A stretch of 42,053 bases of DNA from a virus. Its lineage: Duplodnaviria > Caudoviricetes. How positions within the stretch are numbered: the first letter of the stretch is position 1; each line of letters starts with the position of its first letter. The DNA lies in the IMG/VR virus record IMGVR_UViG_3300033475_001142, positions 1 through 42,053 of that record. One strand, written 5' to 3'. The notes beneath the pieces are model-generated. The model saw only the letters and a program-made list of their open reading frames with translations. It had not been told where the DNA came from and searched no databases. The translations under genes and the position numbers were made by a program. Shown one piece after another: positions 8,508 through 18,582 of this stretch.

Positions 8508-9620
8508 ATGGCCGACATGAATGTAACCCCGGCAAGACCGGGACTAACGCCGATCCAATGGCAAGAAGAATTCTGGGTCGAATACCTACGGGATAACCAG
8601 TTTACCCCGTATTTCGGGTCCGATATGGACTCGATGATCCAGCTACAGACTGACCTTACACGCAAATCAGGCGACTCAGTAGTTTTCCCGACCGTCCGCG
8701 CTCTCGCGGGTGCCGGCGTCACCGGCAACACCGTCCTCGAGGGCAACGAAGAGGTCATCAATGCCCGCTCCCTGAAAGTGCCGGTTGGCGTCATTCGCCA
8801 CGCCGTCGCTGTATCGGACTGGGACAAGCAGAAATCCGTCATCGATCTGTTGCAGGCCGGGCGGACCAACCTCAAGAACTGGGCCTCCAACAAACTCCGC
8901 AGCGACATCATCGTCTCGCTCGGTGCCATCACCGCCGATGGCGACGTGCAGATCAGCTACGGCTCGGCGAGCGCCGCACAGCGCAACACATGGCTTGTCA
9001 ACAACGCCGACCGCGTGCTGTTCGGCGCCTCCAAGAGCAACGCGGTGTCAGGCGTCTATGCCACCGCGCTGACCACCATCGACAACACCGCCGACAAGCT
9101 CACCGCGGCGCAACTCACCCTGGCCAAGCGTATCGCGCGCACCGCAAAGCCCGCCATCCGGCCAATCCGCATCAACAACGATGAGGAATGGTTCGTGGTG
9201 TTCGTGCCGTCCCTGCCGTTCCGCGACCTGATGCAGGACCCGACCATCGTCAACAGCCTGCAATATGCCTGGGACCGCGGGCGCAATAACCCGCTGTTTA
9301 CCGCAGGCGACATCCTGTGGAATGGCATGATCATCCGCGAGATCCCGGAGCTGCCGGTGCTCGCCGATGTCGGCGCCGGCGCCACCGTCGATGCCGCTGC
9401 ATCCTACCTCTGCGGCGCACAGGCCATCGGCATCGCCTGGGCACAGCGGACCACCACCATCACCAACTCACGCGACTACGGGTTTTTCGAGGGCGTTGGC
9501 GTGATGGAGATCAGGGGCGTGGCCAAGCTGCGGTTCGGCACCGATCCCACCGTTGACCAGACCAAACCGGTGGACAACGGCGTGGTTACGATCTGGTCGG
9601 CCGCAGAGCCTGACGCGTAA
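8508..9620 (+). CDS. Major capsid protein (N4-gp56/DUF4043-like)
   Basis: DL..KSGDSV.F, LEGNEE, NPLFTAG, LCGAQA.GIAWAQ and DYGF motifs. Confidence 0.92.
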   Translation: MADMNVTPARPGLTPIQWQEEFWVEYLRDNQFTPYFGSDMDSMIQLQTDLTRKSGDSVVFPTVRALAGAGVTGNTVLEGNEEVINARSLKVPVGVIRHAVAVSDWDKQKSVIDLLQAGRTNLKNWASNKLRSDIIVSLGAITADGDVQISYGSASAAQRNTWLVNNADRVLFGASKSNAVSGVYATALTTIDNTADKLTAAQLTLAKRIARTAKPAIRPIRINNDEEWFVVFVPSLPFRDLMQDPTIVNSLQYAWDRGRNNPLFTAGDILWNGMIIREIPELPVLADVGAGATVDAAASYLCGAQAIGIAWAQRTTTITNSRDYGFFEGVGVMEIRGVAKLRFGTDPTVDQTKPVDNGVVTIWSAAEPDA

Positions 9621-9630
9621 GGAGACACAC

Positions 9631-10182
9631 ATGGCACAGCAACCACACGAGAACGGCGACCGGGAGCGCCCGCATCCTGGCGCGGGTCCGGCAGCCCGCA
9701 CGCCGGAGCAGGACCACACGCCGCGCCGCGAAGAGCGGGAGGAGCGGGAACGGCAGGAGCGCCGCAGGCCGCAACAGTCCGCCGCGGACAAGGCGGCCGT
9801 AGAGAAGGCGCAGGCCGAGCAGCGGGAGGCAATGGCGGCCGCGTCCATCGGCGCGCAGATCATCCTCGATTACAATGAGGATGGCAGCAAAGGCGCGCGC
9901 GGCGGCGCTGGTGGCACCATCGAGGAGAACACCATGGCGCGGGACGCGCACCTGGTCGCGCTGGGCCTCGATCCCATCGCACCGAGCGGCCCGCCACCGA
10001 CGCCGGAGGCACTCGAGGCACGGAAGCGGCGCGAGGAGCAGCAGGCGAAGATAGCCGCCGATCCGCAGTTCGTCGCGCCACCGAGCGGCAAGGCGACGCG
10101 CATGTCGTCGCTGGCAGCGGGCATTGCCCAGGAGGACCTGCCGGACCCGGAGCCGCCGCCCGTGCGCGGCGCGGCGGACTGA
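9631..10182 (+). CDS. Hypothetical, largely disordered protein
   Basis: AAGGAG RBS, ATG at 9631 directly after the capsid gene. Confidence 0.75.
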   Translation: MAQQPHENGDRERPHPGAGPAARTPEQDHTPRREEREERERQERRRPQQSAADKAAVEKAQAEQREAMAAASIGAQIILDYNEDGSKGARGGAGGTIEENTMARDAHLVALGLDPIAPSGPPPTPEALEARKRREEQQAKIAADPQFVAPPSGKATRMSSLAAGIAQEDLPDPEPPPVRGAAD

Positions 10183-10200
10183 CGAGCGAGGGCGCGTTCA

Positions 10201-11148
10201 ATGACCACAGTTGCGGTAATCGCTGAACGCGCCCTGCGCCGGCTTGGCGTCTCCGTCGTGCCGGTTGCCGACCGGCCGCTGCTCAACACCAGCGTCTCGC
10301 CCGGCGATATCGCCAACAACGCGCTGGTCGATTTGGGCATCATCGCTACCGACGAGGTGCCGCTGTCGCAGGCCACGGTGGTTGCAACCGCAACCATCGC
10401 CACCACGGCGCTGCAGAAACTCGGCGTGATCGCCGCCGACGAAACACCGATTGCCGCCGACCAGACGCTCGCCCAGAACACCGTGCAGGCCGTCCATTCG
10501 TCGCTCGTGGCGCAAGGCATCTGCGACTGGACATCGGCGGAAATCACCGACGCGGTGTCGGAAGAATATGCGGGCCTCACCGCATTCCATCTCGCATCGG
10601 CATTCGGCAAGCCGGCCGATCCGGCGGTCATCGCGCTGCTCGAGGGCCGCATCGCCACCGTGGCGCGCGTGATCCGGGCAAAGAACCTGGCGCTGGCCAA
10701 GGTCACCGAGGTGCAGGCGTCGCTCGCCTCGCAGGCGTCGGTGTCGTGGCCCAACACCGGCATTCCGATGGCTGTGGCAGAGGAATACACGCGGCTCGTG
10801 GCGATGTCGCTGGCGTCGTCATTCGGCAAGCAGGTGGACCCGCAGATGCTGCCGGTGATGGAGGCGCGGGTGCGGCGCATGGCGCAGGTGCTGGCGGCGC
10901 CGGAGAGCGCGGAGAACGCCGTGATGGCGGTGCATGACAATCTGGTCGCGCGCGGTGTGGCGCGGTGGACCTCGCAGGACATACCCGGTCCCGCTGAGAT
11001 GCCGTATGAGCAGCTCGCCGCGAACCGCCTGGCGCCGCTGTTCGACAAGCGCGCTGATCCCGCGGAGGAGATGCTGGCCAACCGGGCGCTGGCGCAGATC
11101 GTGGCGCTGGAGCCGTCAGGCCGGCCCGTGCGGGTGGATTACTTCTAG
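10201..11148 (+). CDS. Head-tail adaptor (P22 gp4-like) with internal triplication
   Basis: Repeated IA..AL..LG(V/I) and L.A.G...W....IP.....Y..L.A..LA..F motifs; gene position. Confidence 0.65.
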   Translation: MTTVAVIAERALRRLGVSVVPVADRPLLNTSVSPGDIANNALVDLGIIATDEVPLSQATVVATATIATTALQKLGVIAADETPIAADQTLAQNTVQAVHSSLVAQGICDWTSAEITDAVSEEYAGLTAFHLASAFGKPADPAVIALLEGRIATVARVIRAKNLALAKVTEVQASLASQASVSWPNTGIPMAVAEEYTRLVAMSLASSFGKQVDPQMLPVMEARVRRMAQVLAAPESAENAVMAVHDNLVARGVARWTSQDIPGPAEMPYEQLAANRLAPLFDKRADPAEEMLANRALAQIVALEPSGRPVRVDYF

Positions 11149-11967
11149 ATGGCAGACGGGCTGGCGTTTGGCAGCACTGCGGCGGCCTGTCCGGACGACG
11201 GGCTGGACTTTGGTGGCACGCTGCCGCCGCCGACAATCCCGCCAGATCCGACCGGTGAGAACTGGCGCGGGCCACCGGGGCCTCCGGGGCCACAGGGGCC
11301 GGCTGGACCGGCCGGAGTTGACGGCCAGGACGGAGCTGACGGTGTAGACGGTGCGACCGGCCCACAGGGTCCGAAGGGCGATACCGGTGCGACAGGCGCC
11401 ACGGGTGCCACTGGGCCACAAGGCCCGGCCGGTCCCGCCGGTGCGGACGGCGCGTCCATCACCATCTCGGACACTGCGCCGACGCCAACCGCCGGCGCGC
11501 TGTGGTTCGATTCAGCCGGCACGCAGCTTTACGTTGGCTACAACGACGGCAACAGCACGCAGTGGGTCATCGCGACGAATACCGGCGGGGCGCCGATCTC
11601 CTACGCCCAACTGCCGACCGAGGTGGCGCAGGTGCCGATAGCGTTTCCGTTCAGCGGCAGGCCCGCGGCGAATGCCAGCGTGTATGTGCCGATGGCGATG
11701 GCGCTGACCGTGGCGAGCGGCCTGGCGGGCAGCGTCGGCTATGCGGTGACCAACCCGACTGTGGCGGCGACCTTCACGCTCACCCGCATTCGCTCGGGCG
11801 CCACGCTGGCGCTGGGCACCGTGCAGATCGGCACGGGTGGTACGGTGACGCTGGCGGGTGCCGGCGGCTCGCTGGCGATTGGCGACGTGCTGCAGCTCAC
11901 CGCTCCGACCGCGCAGGACGCGACGCTCGCGGACGTGGGTCTGAGCATCATGACGCAGCGGGTGTAG
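11149..11967 (+). CDS. Collagen-like fibre protein
   Basis: 21 Gly-X-Y triplets (11269-11457), then [21 protein letters not shown]. Confidence 0.85.
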   Translation: MADGLAFGSTAAACPDDGLDFGGTLPPPTIPPDPTGENWRGPPGPPGPQGPAGPAGVDGQDGADGVDGATGPQGPKGDTGATGATGATGPQGPAGPAGADGASITISDTAPTPTAGALWFDSAGTQLYVGYNDGNSTQWVIATNTGGAPISYAQLPTEVAQVPIAFPFSGRPAANASVYVPMAMALTVASGLAGSVGYAVTNPTVAATFTLTRIRSGATLALGTVQIGTGGTVTLAGAGGSLAIGDVLQLTAPTAQDATLADVGLSIMTQRV

Positions 11968-11971
11968 CGCG

Positions 11972-13012
11972 ATGGCCTGGACATTCGGTGACGGGTTCGA
12001 CCTCTATGCAGCAACCGCTGATGCGGTGGCGGGTTACTGGGACAGTGGCAGCACGGGTTTTTTTACGCTTCAAGCGGGCCGCTTCGCTGGCGGCCAGGCA
12101 TTACAGATTAGCAATCAAAACGGCACCATCGCCGTTACAAAAAGCAGCGGGGTTAACGACGCCGCGCATCATATCGTCGTTGCCTTCCGTCAGACCGCTG
12201 TGCTCAGCGGCACGACGCTCGGTATGTATCTCCAGTTCAGTGATGGCGCGACCAACCAGTGCTGCATCGTGTTCAGGTCGGACGGCGTGGTTCTGCTCAC
12301 CTCAGCCACACCAGCCGGCTCGGTGCTCGCGACCTACACCGGAGCGGTAACGGCGGCGAACACCTGGTTCGCGTTCGAGTTCGAGGTGGTCATCTCACCC
12401 ACAGCAGGGCGGTTCCGCGCGCGGAAGAACGGCAACGCCAGCGACGATTTCGATAGTGGCGCGACACTGAACACACGTCCAGGCGCCAATTCTTACGCGA
12501 ACAAGCTTCAGGTGGGGATGCAAGCTGCTGTTGGCGCGCAGCAGATCGACGACCTGCTCTGGCGCAGCGACGCCGCCAGCGTGCCGTTCGTGGGCGACAT
12601 CCGCTGCTACACCCGCATGCCCGCGAGCGATGTGAGTGTGCAGTTCAGCCGCAATACGGGCGCCACCAACTTCTCGGCCGTGGATGAGCCGCAGCAGAAC
12701 GGCGTGACGGATTACGTGTTCAGCGCTACCGCAGGCCAGAGCGATCTCTACGGCATCGCCGCACTGGCTGCGACGCCGGTCAGCGTTGTCGCGGTGACCA
12801 CGCGCGGCTTCATCCAGAAGAGCGACGCCGGCACCCGCAACGGCGCGGTGCAACTCAAGAGTGGCGCGACCACGGTGCAGAGCACCAGCACGGCGCTGAG
12901 CACGTCATGGCAGTGGTTATGGCGCACTGACGCGACGGACCCTGCGACCGGTAGCACGTGGACGCCGGTTGCGGTGAACAACGTTAACATCGGGCCGGTG
13001 GTGACCGCCTGA
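11972..13012 (+). CDS. Putative virion beta-sandwich (lectin-like) protein
   Basis: Beta-rich, Thr/Ala/Gly-rich sequence within the fibre cluster. Confidence 0.6.
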   Translation: MAWTFGDGFDLYAATADAVAGYWDSGSTGFFTLQAGRFAGGQALQISNQNGTIAVTKSSGVNDAAHHIVVAFRQTAVLSGTTLGMYLQFSDGATNQCCIVFRSDGVVLLTSATPAGSVLATYTGAVTAANTWFAFEFEVVISPTAGRFRARKNGNASDDFDSGATLNTRPGANSYANKLQVGMQAAVGAQQIDDLLWRSDAASVPFVGDIRCYTRMPASDVSVQFSRNTGATNFSAVDEPQQNGVTDYVFSATAGQSDLYGIAALAATPVSVVAVTTRGFIQKSDAGTRNGAVQLKSGATTVQSTSTALSTSWQWLWRTDATDPATGSTWTPVAVNNVNIGPVVTA

Positions 13013-13794
13013 TGCCAACAACGTGGAACCCCTCCGATCTTGCTAACTGCACACTGAGCGGCGGCAATCTTGTCGCGACCATGACGGGGGCCAACCCTGG
13101 CGTGCGTAGCCTGGATCGTGTGCTGACAACTGGTAAATACTACTGGGAATGTGCGTTTACTACGCTGACGAACGCTGCCACTGGCGTGTGTCTCGGCACG
13201 GCGACATTCGCTGGAATGGCATCGAGCGCACTGCTTGGTGTCGTGGCGTCGCAAGGCGGTATTGTGACGCTGAACGGCGTCAGCCAGGGCAACTTGCTGG
13301 GTGCGTTCACCGCAGGCGATGTGTGTTGCATCGCGCTTGATGTAGCCGGTAGTCAGGTCTGGTTCAGACGCACAGCGGCCGGAAACTGGAACGGTAATGC
13401 CAGCAACAATCCGGCAACGGGTGTTGGTGGGCTTAGTCTGCGTGGGTTCTGTGGTCCGGGTTACGATCTCTATGCGTTTGCCGGTAGTGGTTCAGGTGCA
13501 GCCATCACCGCAAATTTCGGTGCGACCGGTTACAGCGGCACGGTGCCGAGTGGTTTCGTCAATATCCCGACAGGCACAGCGGTAGTCACCAACGAGGCGG
13601 CGACTACCATCGCCGCAGAGCAGTGGGGCAGCGGCACGCCCGACATGTGGGCGACGCAGGCGGCTGTCGAGATGTGGGCCTCGGTGCAGGCGACCTCCGG
13701 CACCAGCATGGTTGCCACAATGGTCTCGCTGGAGATGTGGGCGCCGGTCGTCAGTGCGGTCACCGCACCGCCCCGCGTGTTCATACTGGCCTAG
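13012..13794 (+). CDS. SPRY/concanavalin-like domain virion protein
   Basis: TLSGGNL, TGKYYWE, GDV.CIALD and ANFGA..Y..VPSGF motifs. Confidence 0.7.
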   Translation: MPTTWNPSDLANCTLSGGNLVATMTGANPGVRSLDRVLTTGKYYWECAFTTLTNAATGVCLGTATFAGMASSALLGVVASQGGIVTLNGVSQGNLLGAFTAGDVCCIALDVAGSQVWFRRTAAGNWNGNASNNPATGVGGLSLRGFCGPGYDLYAFAGSGSGAAITANFGATGYSGTVPSGFVNIPTGTAVVTNEAATTIAAEQWGSGTPDMWATQAAVEMWASVQATSGTSMVATMVSLEMWAPVVSAVTAPPRVFILA

Positions 13795-13804
13795 AGGACG
13801 CGCC

Positions 13805-14983
13805 GTGTTCGATTTCGCCAATTCACCAACCGTCGGCCAGGTCGTCAGCAACGGCGGCGTCTCGTACACCTGGGACGGCGCGAAATGGGCACCAACGGCC
13901 GCGGGCGCCACGGGCGTGTCGAGCTTCAACACCCGCACCGGCGCGGTGACGCTGAGCAGCGGCGACGTGACCGGCGCGCTGACTTACACGCCATACAACA
14001 GCACCAACCCCTCCGGCTACCAGACGGCGGCGCAGGTCGCGACGGCGGTGGCGCCATATGCCAACAACGACGGGCGCAACCTCATCCACAATGCGTTGTT
14101 CAACATCGCGCAGCGTGGCACGGGGCCGTTCAATAGTGGAGGTTACACGGCGGATCGCTGGAACCTGGCGCTGTCTGTGGACACGTCCAGCGTAAACATA
14201 GCCGCTCTGGGTAGCACCGCCATTACGCAGATCGGCGACGAGGCTGCGACAAATGCTCTAAGCACCACCGTCGCAGGCAATGCGGGAGCCAGTGCTTTCA
14301 CCTTCGTTTCCCACAAGATCGAGGACGTGCGGCGCCTTGCCGGTAAGACGGTCACGGTGTCGTTCTGGGCTAACGCCGCTGGCGCGACAAAACTTGGCCT
14401 GAACATCTTGCAGGATTTCGGCTCTGGTGGCTCGCCATCGGGAGGCGTCTGGATGACGGCTGTTTCGTTTACGCTCACCGGAACATGGACGCGGTATAGC
14501 GCGACGTTCGCGTTACCGTCGATTGCCGGGAAGGTGCTCGGGACGAACAACAATCACCTGACGAACCTGGCGTTCTGGATGTCGTCGGGTTCCAGCAGCG
14601 CGGCCGTCGCAGGCAATCCTGGCGTCCAATCCGGCACCATCAACCTGTGGGGCGTCCAGCTAGAGATCGGCAGCGTTGCCACGCCGCTGGATTACGGCGG
14701 CTCGCCGCAGCAACAGCTCGCCGAATGCCAGAGGTTCTATCAGACTGGCAGCTTCACTTATGGCGCATATTCACAGGCAGGCTGGGGCGCGCAGGTCGGT
14801 ATAATGTTGCCGGTTTGTATGCGGGCGTCGCCGACTATCGCAAGCAACTTCAGCTCCGCAGTGAATGTTACCGGCCAAGCCATAACTGCGGCGGGAGCAA
14901 GCGGAGTGACTGTTTACGGATCAACCACTGCAACCGGACAGGTCAACATGCAGGGCACTTTCGCCGCATCGGCGGACCTGTAA
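13805..14983 (+). CDS. Tail fibre / receptor-binding protein with a CBM-like domain (GTG start at 13805)
   Basis: F.NSPTVGQ...YTWDGAKW, VSSFNTRTGAVTL, RNLIHNA.F.IAQRG, VQLE.GS.ATP, ECQRFYQ. Confidence 0.8.
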   Translation: MFDFANSPTVGQVVSNGGVSYTWDGAKWAPTAAGATGVSSFNTRTGAVTLSSGDVTGALTYTPYNSTNPSGYQTAAQVATAVAPYANNDGRNLIHNALFNIAQRGTGPFNSGGYTADRWNLALSVDTSSVNIAALGSTAITQIGDEAATNALSTTVAGNAGASAFTFVSHKIEDVRRLAGKTVTVSFWANAAGATKLGLNILQDFGSGGSPSGGVWMTAVSFTLTGTWTRYSATFALPSIAGKVLGTNNNHLTNLAFWMSSGSSSAAVAGNPGVQSGTINLWGVQLEIGSVATPLDYGGSPQQQLAECQRFYQTGSFTYGAYSQAGWGAQVGIMLPVCMRASPTIASNFSSAVNVTGQAITAAGASGVTVYGSTTATGQVNMQGTFAASADL

Positions 14984-15295
14984 ATGCAGCTCATCTTCGC
15001 GAATGCAGAGAACACAACGATCCAGGCGACGCTGGACGACAAGGAGACGCTCGGCAATCTCACCGGCCCCGGCGTGTTCTACGTGCCCACCGATCCGGCA
15101 AATGCCGAATACGCCGAGATCGTCGCGCAGGGTCTCAAGGTCGAGGCATACGTGCCGCCGCCGGAGCCAGTGCCCGAGGCCGTGGATCTGCCGCCGGTGA
15201 TGCCGACCGACCCGACGCACGCCACGCCGAAAGCCTACGTGGACACCGAGATCGCCGCGCTCGCCGCCCGCATCGAGGCACTGGAAAGGCGCTAG
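14984..15295 (+). CDS. Putative tail fibre-associated/chaperone protein
   Basis: VPTDPANAEYAEI motif directly after a fibre gene; HATPKAYVD. Confidence 0.6.
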   Translation: MQLIFANAENTTIQATLDDKETLGNLTGPGVFYVPTDPANAEYAEIVAQGLKVEAYVPPPEPVPEAVDLPPVMPTDPTHATPKAYVDTEIAALAARIEALERR

Positions 15296-15296
15296 C

Positions 15297-15872
15297 ATGC
15301 AACAGTGCATCACCCTGCCGTATATGCGGACCTCGCCGATCCAGCTACCGCGGCGCGACCTCGTGCTGTCCGCCTCCGACAGCCTGGCACTCACCGTCAC
15401 CGTCGTGGAGCGCGATCACCCGTCCGCGCAACTGCTCATCCTCAGCACCGCGGCAGGCGGCCCGTCGATGCAGCTCGTGCTGTGGGAAGACCTCGACCAG
15501 CCCAACCTCTGGTGCGACTACCAGCGCCCCGGATCGCGCTACGGCACCGTGCTGCATTCGTCGTCCGGCGTCGCCAGCGCCGCGCCAGGCAGTTGGGACT
15601 TCGCCTTGCCCACCGGCACCTTCTACGGCTTCCCGCCGCGCTGCGGCTGGTCGGTCCTGCTGCTGTGGGACGACGGCGCCAAGAGCGAGGTGCTGGGGCA
15701 GGGCATCATGCATCTGCTGCGGCCCTATGTGACCGGCCTGTCGCTCGTCCCGACGCCACCGACCGAGCCGCCGATCATCCCGCCGGGCTACACTTCGCTT
15801 GCCGGCCTTCTCACCGACGACAACCGGCCGATCTGGACCACAGACACTGACGAATGGTTGGAGACCTCCTGA
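15297..15872 (+). CDS. Hypothetical tail protein
   Basis: Coupled ORF in the tail module; beta-rich. Confidence 0.65.
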   Translation: MQQCITLPYMRTSPIQLPRRDLVLSASDSLALTVTVVERDHPSAQLLILSTAAGGPSMQLVLWEDLDQPNLWCDYQRPGSRYGTVLHSSSGVASAAPGSWDFALPTGTFYGFPPRCGWSVLLLWDDGAKSEVLGQGIMHLLRPYVTGLSLVPTPPTEPPIIPPGYTSLAGLLTDDNRPIWTTDTDEWLETS

Positions 15873-17098
15873 TGTCCGGCACTGAAATTCGCGTCGCCGA
15901 TCTGGCTGATCTGGGCACCGTCGCGGACACGATGTCCGTGGTCGGCGATACCGGCACGATGACCGGGCGCATCACCGCGCTGTCGCTGAAATCCTACTGT
16001 GCCACGACAACGCTGCCCGAGGCGCCGTTCACCAACCAGCCCTATGGCCGGCAGAACGGTGCATGGACACTGGTGCTGCCGGAGGCGCCACAGAACTCCG
16101 TTGCCTACGGCCGGATGAACGCGACCTGGACGGCGGTGCTGCCGGAGGCGCCGCTGAGCGGCTCGACATATGGCCGGGCCGGTGGAGGCTGGACGCCCGT
16201 GCTGCCGATCACCGGCGGTTCGCTGAGTGGCGGACTTAACGTCAGTGGCAATATCGCGACCAGCACCGGCGTCTATGCCAACCAATACTCGCTGTCCTCA
16301 TCGAATGGCTACGAGTGGCAGTTCTATATCCAAAGCGGCTCCGGCCACCACATCCAGCAGCACCGTGCTGGCTGGTATGATTATTGGGACTCGAGCAGCG
16401 GCACACGCTCCTGGGTCGGTCCAAGCGGCACGCAGATGACGCTCGATGGGGCGGGCAATCTCGTGGTGACCGGCAACATCAGCGCCCCATATGTCACGTC
16501 GAACGGCAGCATCAATGCGACGGGGGCGGCAACAGCCGCGCAGTTCTGGATCAACGGCACGTCGAACACGTTCGGTTTCACACCCGGCGCCGGCGGTCGC
16601 ATCTTCCAGTTCTCGCCGGCCTTTTATCTTGAGTTCGTGACCGCGAATGCGACGCTGCAGTGGAATGTCAGCAACGGCCCGCTGTGGGTGATGCGGGCGG
16701 CCGACGATTTCTGCTTCAACCCGCAAAGCTCGGTTGGCGGCAATGGCTCCTATCTCAACATCAGCGACCGGCGTGCAAAACAGAACATCGCACCGACCAC
16801 CAAGGGCCTTGCCGAAGTGCTGCAGTTGCAGCCGGTGAGCTTCACCCGCACCGACCCCACCACGGGCCACGCCGAGGAAATCGGCCTGATCGCCCAGGAC
16901 GTGCAGCCCATCGTGCCGGAGGCCGTGTGGCAGGCCGGCATTCCGCTGCGCGACGGCACCGGCGGGCTGGACTCGGGCGACCCTACGCTCGCGCTGTCGC
17001 ACGACACCATCGGCGCGCTCAGCGTCAACGCGATCAAGGAACTCAACGCACTGATTGCCGCGCTCACCGACCGCGTGGCGGCGCTCGAGGCGCCCTGA
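15872..17098 (+). CDS. Tail fibre with foldon-like repeats and a C-terminal intramolecular chaperone (peptidase S74-like)
   Basis: 3x LPEAP....YGR..G.W; SDRRAKQNI...GLIAQDV...PEAV...AIKEL coiled coil. Confidence 0.88.
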   Translation: MSGTEIRVADLADLGTVADTMSVVGDTGTMTGRITALSLKSYCATTTLPEAPFTNQPYGRQNGAWTLVLPEAPQNSVAYGRMNATWTAVLPEAPLSGSTYGRAGGGWTPVLPITGGSLSGGLNVSGNIATSTGVYANQYSLSSSNGYEWQFYIQSGSGHHIQQHRAGWYDYWDSSSGTRSWVGPSGTQMTLDGAGNLVVTGNISAPYVTSNGSINATGAATAAQFWINGTSNTFGFTPGAGGRIFQFSPAFYLEFVTANATLQWNVSNGPLWVMRAADDFCFNPQSSVGGNGSYLNISDRRAKQNIAPTTKGLAEVLQLQPVSFTRTDPTTGHAEEIGLIAQDVQPIVPEAVWQAGIPLRDGTGGLDSGDPTLALSHDTIGALSVNAIKELNALIAALTDRVAALEAP

Positions 17099-18582
17099 TG
17101 TCCGACGCGCCGACCAGACCAGGCATGCGGCGGATTCCGTTTCCGCTGGAAAGCTACGCACACCCCTCACTGCCGCTCAGTGCGAAACGGCTGATAAACC
17201 TCATGGCCGAGAAACAGCCGGAGGATGCGCGCACGGCAGCCGCTTTGGTGTCCACGCCGGCGCTGGTTGCGTGGTCAACGACCGGCGGCGTCAGCCCAAT
17301 CGGCAGCGGTCCTATCCGGGCGATGAACGACGACGGCCCCGGCCGTATCTACATCGTGTCCGGCTCGCACTGCTATCGGTTGTCCTTCCCGATCAGCGGC
17401 GGCGTCACCGTCGAGGATCTCGGCGACATCGGCATCGCCGACAGCGGCACCGGCTCGTGGAACACGTTCATTACCATCGCCGCCAGCCCGATCAACGCCG
17501 TGGTCTGCGTGCCGCCCAAAGCCTACGCCTGCGGCCACAATGTCGGCGATCCGCTTACCGAGATCGTTGACCCGGACTTCCCGGGCGCCACCTCGGTTGC
17601 CTACGTGGACGGCTATTTCGCGTTCTCGGCGCCGGGCAACACCGCGATGTGGTTCATCTCGCGGCTTAACGACCCGGCGAACTTCGATGCACTGGACTTC
17701 GCCTATTCCGATGCGACGCCCAACGTGGTGCGGCGCGTCATCAATCATCGCGGCGAGCTGTGGACCATCGGCGAGGGCGGGTTCCAAATCTGGTACAATG
17801 CCGGCAAGTCCGGCCTGACCGGCGAAGGGGCCATGTCGTTCTTTCCCTTCCGCCACAAGACGGGAGGCGTGGTGCCGATTGGCTCGTCGTCGCCGATGTC
17901 GGTCTGTCGCGCGGACAACTCGATGTGGTGGCTCGGCACCGACGGGCTGGTGTATCGCTCAAACGGCTACAATCCGGTGCGGGTCAGCACGCATGCCATC
18001 GAGTCGATCATCGGCACCAGCACGGTCGGCCTGTATGCGCTGACGCATCCGTATCGCGGCCACTGGTTCTACTGCCTGACCACGGCGAGCAACCGGACGC
18101 TGGTGTTCGATGCGGGCACCGGCACATGGCACGAGCGCAGCACCAGCACAGACGGCACCGGGCCGTGGCAGGCGGCGAGCGCGGCAGTGGACAATAACTC
18201 CATCCACCTGCTCGGCGACCGCAGCACAGGTGCGATCTACACGCTGGACATGGCGTCGGCCGATGCCGGCGTCACCACGATCCGCCAGGCCACGCTGCCG
18301 CCACTCTGGGCCGGCACCTACCGCGCGTTCTGCGCACGGCTCGAGGTCGAGATGGAAACCGGCGGCACGGCACCCGGCTCGGTGCTGCTCGACTGGTCGG
18401 ACGACGGCGCGCACACCTGGACGCCGACGCGCAGCATGTCGTCAGGCGCCTCCGGCGAGTATCGGCGGCGTGTCTATACGACCCGGCTCGGCTCGTTCAG
18501 GCAGCGCACGTTCAGGGTCACCAGCCACGGGCTGACGCGGCTCTATGCAGTGGACGCCGAAGTGGTGGGCGGCAGTGCCTGA
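17098..18582 (+). CDS. P22 gp10-like packaged DNA stabilisation / tail hub protein (true start 17098)
   Basis: YVDGYF, FDALDFA, P.RVSTHAIE, WSDDGAHTW and RLGSFRQR motifs; TGATG coupling. Confidence 0.88.
   Translation: MSDAPTRPGMRRIPFPLESYAHPSLPLSAKRLINLMAEKQPEDARTAAALVSTPALVAWSTTGGVSPIGSGPIRAMNDDGPGRIYIVSGSHCYRLSFPISGGVTVEDLGDIGIADSGTGSWNTFITIAASPINAVVCVPPKAYACGHNVGDPLTEIVDPDFPGATSVAYVDGYFAFSAPGNTAMWFISRLNDPANFDALDFAYSDATPNVVRRVINHRGELWTIGEGGFQIWYNAGKSGLTGEGAMSFFPFRHKTGGVVPIGSSSPMSVCRADNSMWWLGTDGLVYRSNGYNPVRVSTHAIESIIGTSTVGLYALTHPYRGHWFYCLTTASNRTLVFDAGTGTWHERSTSTDGTGPWQAASAAVDNNSIHLLGDRSTGAIYTLDMASADAGVTTIRQATLPPLWAGTYRAFCARLEVEMETGGTAPGSVLLDWSDDGAHTWTPTRSMSSGASGEYRRRVYTTRLGSFRQRTFRVTSHGLTRLYAVDAEVVGGSA

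Noticed and set aside
16660-17097. N-terminal extensions in the ORF track (16660, 34413, 39767, 13712, 37718 starts)
   Set aside because: They overlap upstream genes or lack an RBS; coupled or RBS-supported downstream starts fit better.
11149-17098. Diversity-generating retroelement or invertible fibre cassette
   Set aside because: No reverse transcriptase or invertase, and no template/variable repeat pair seen.
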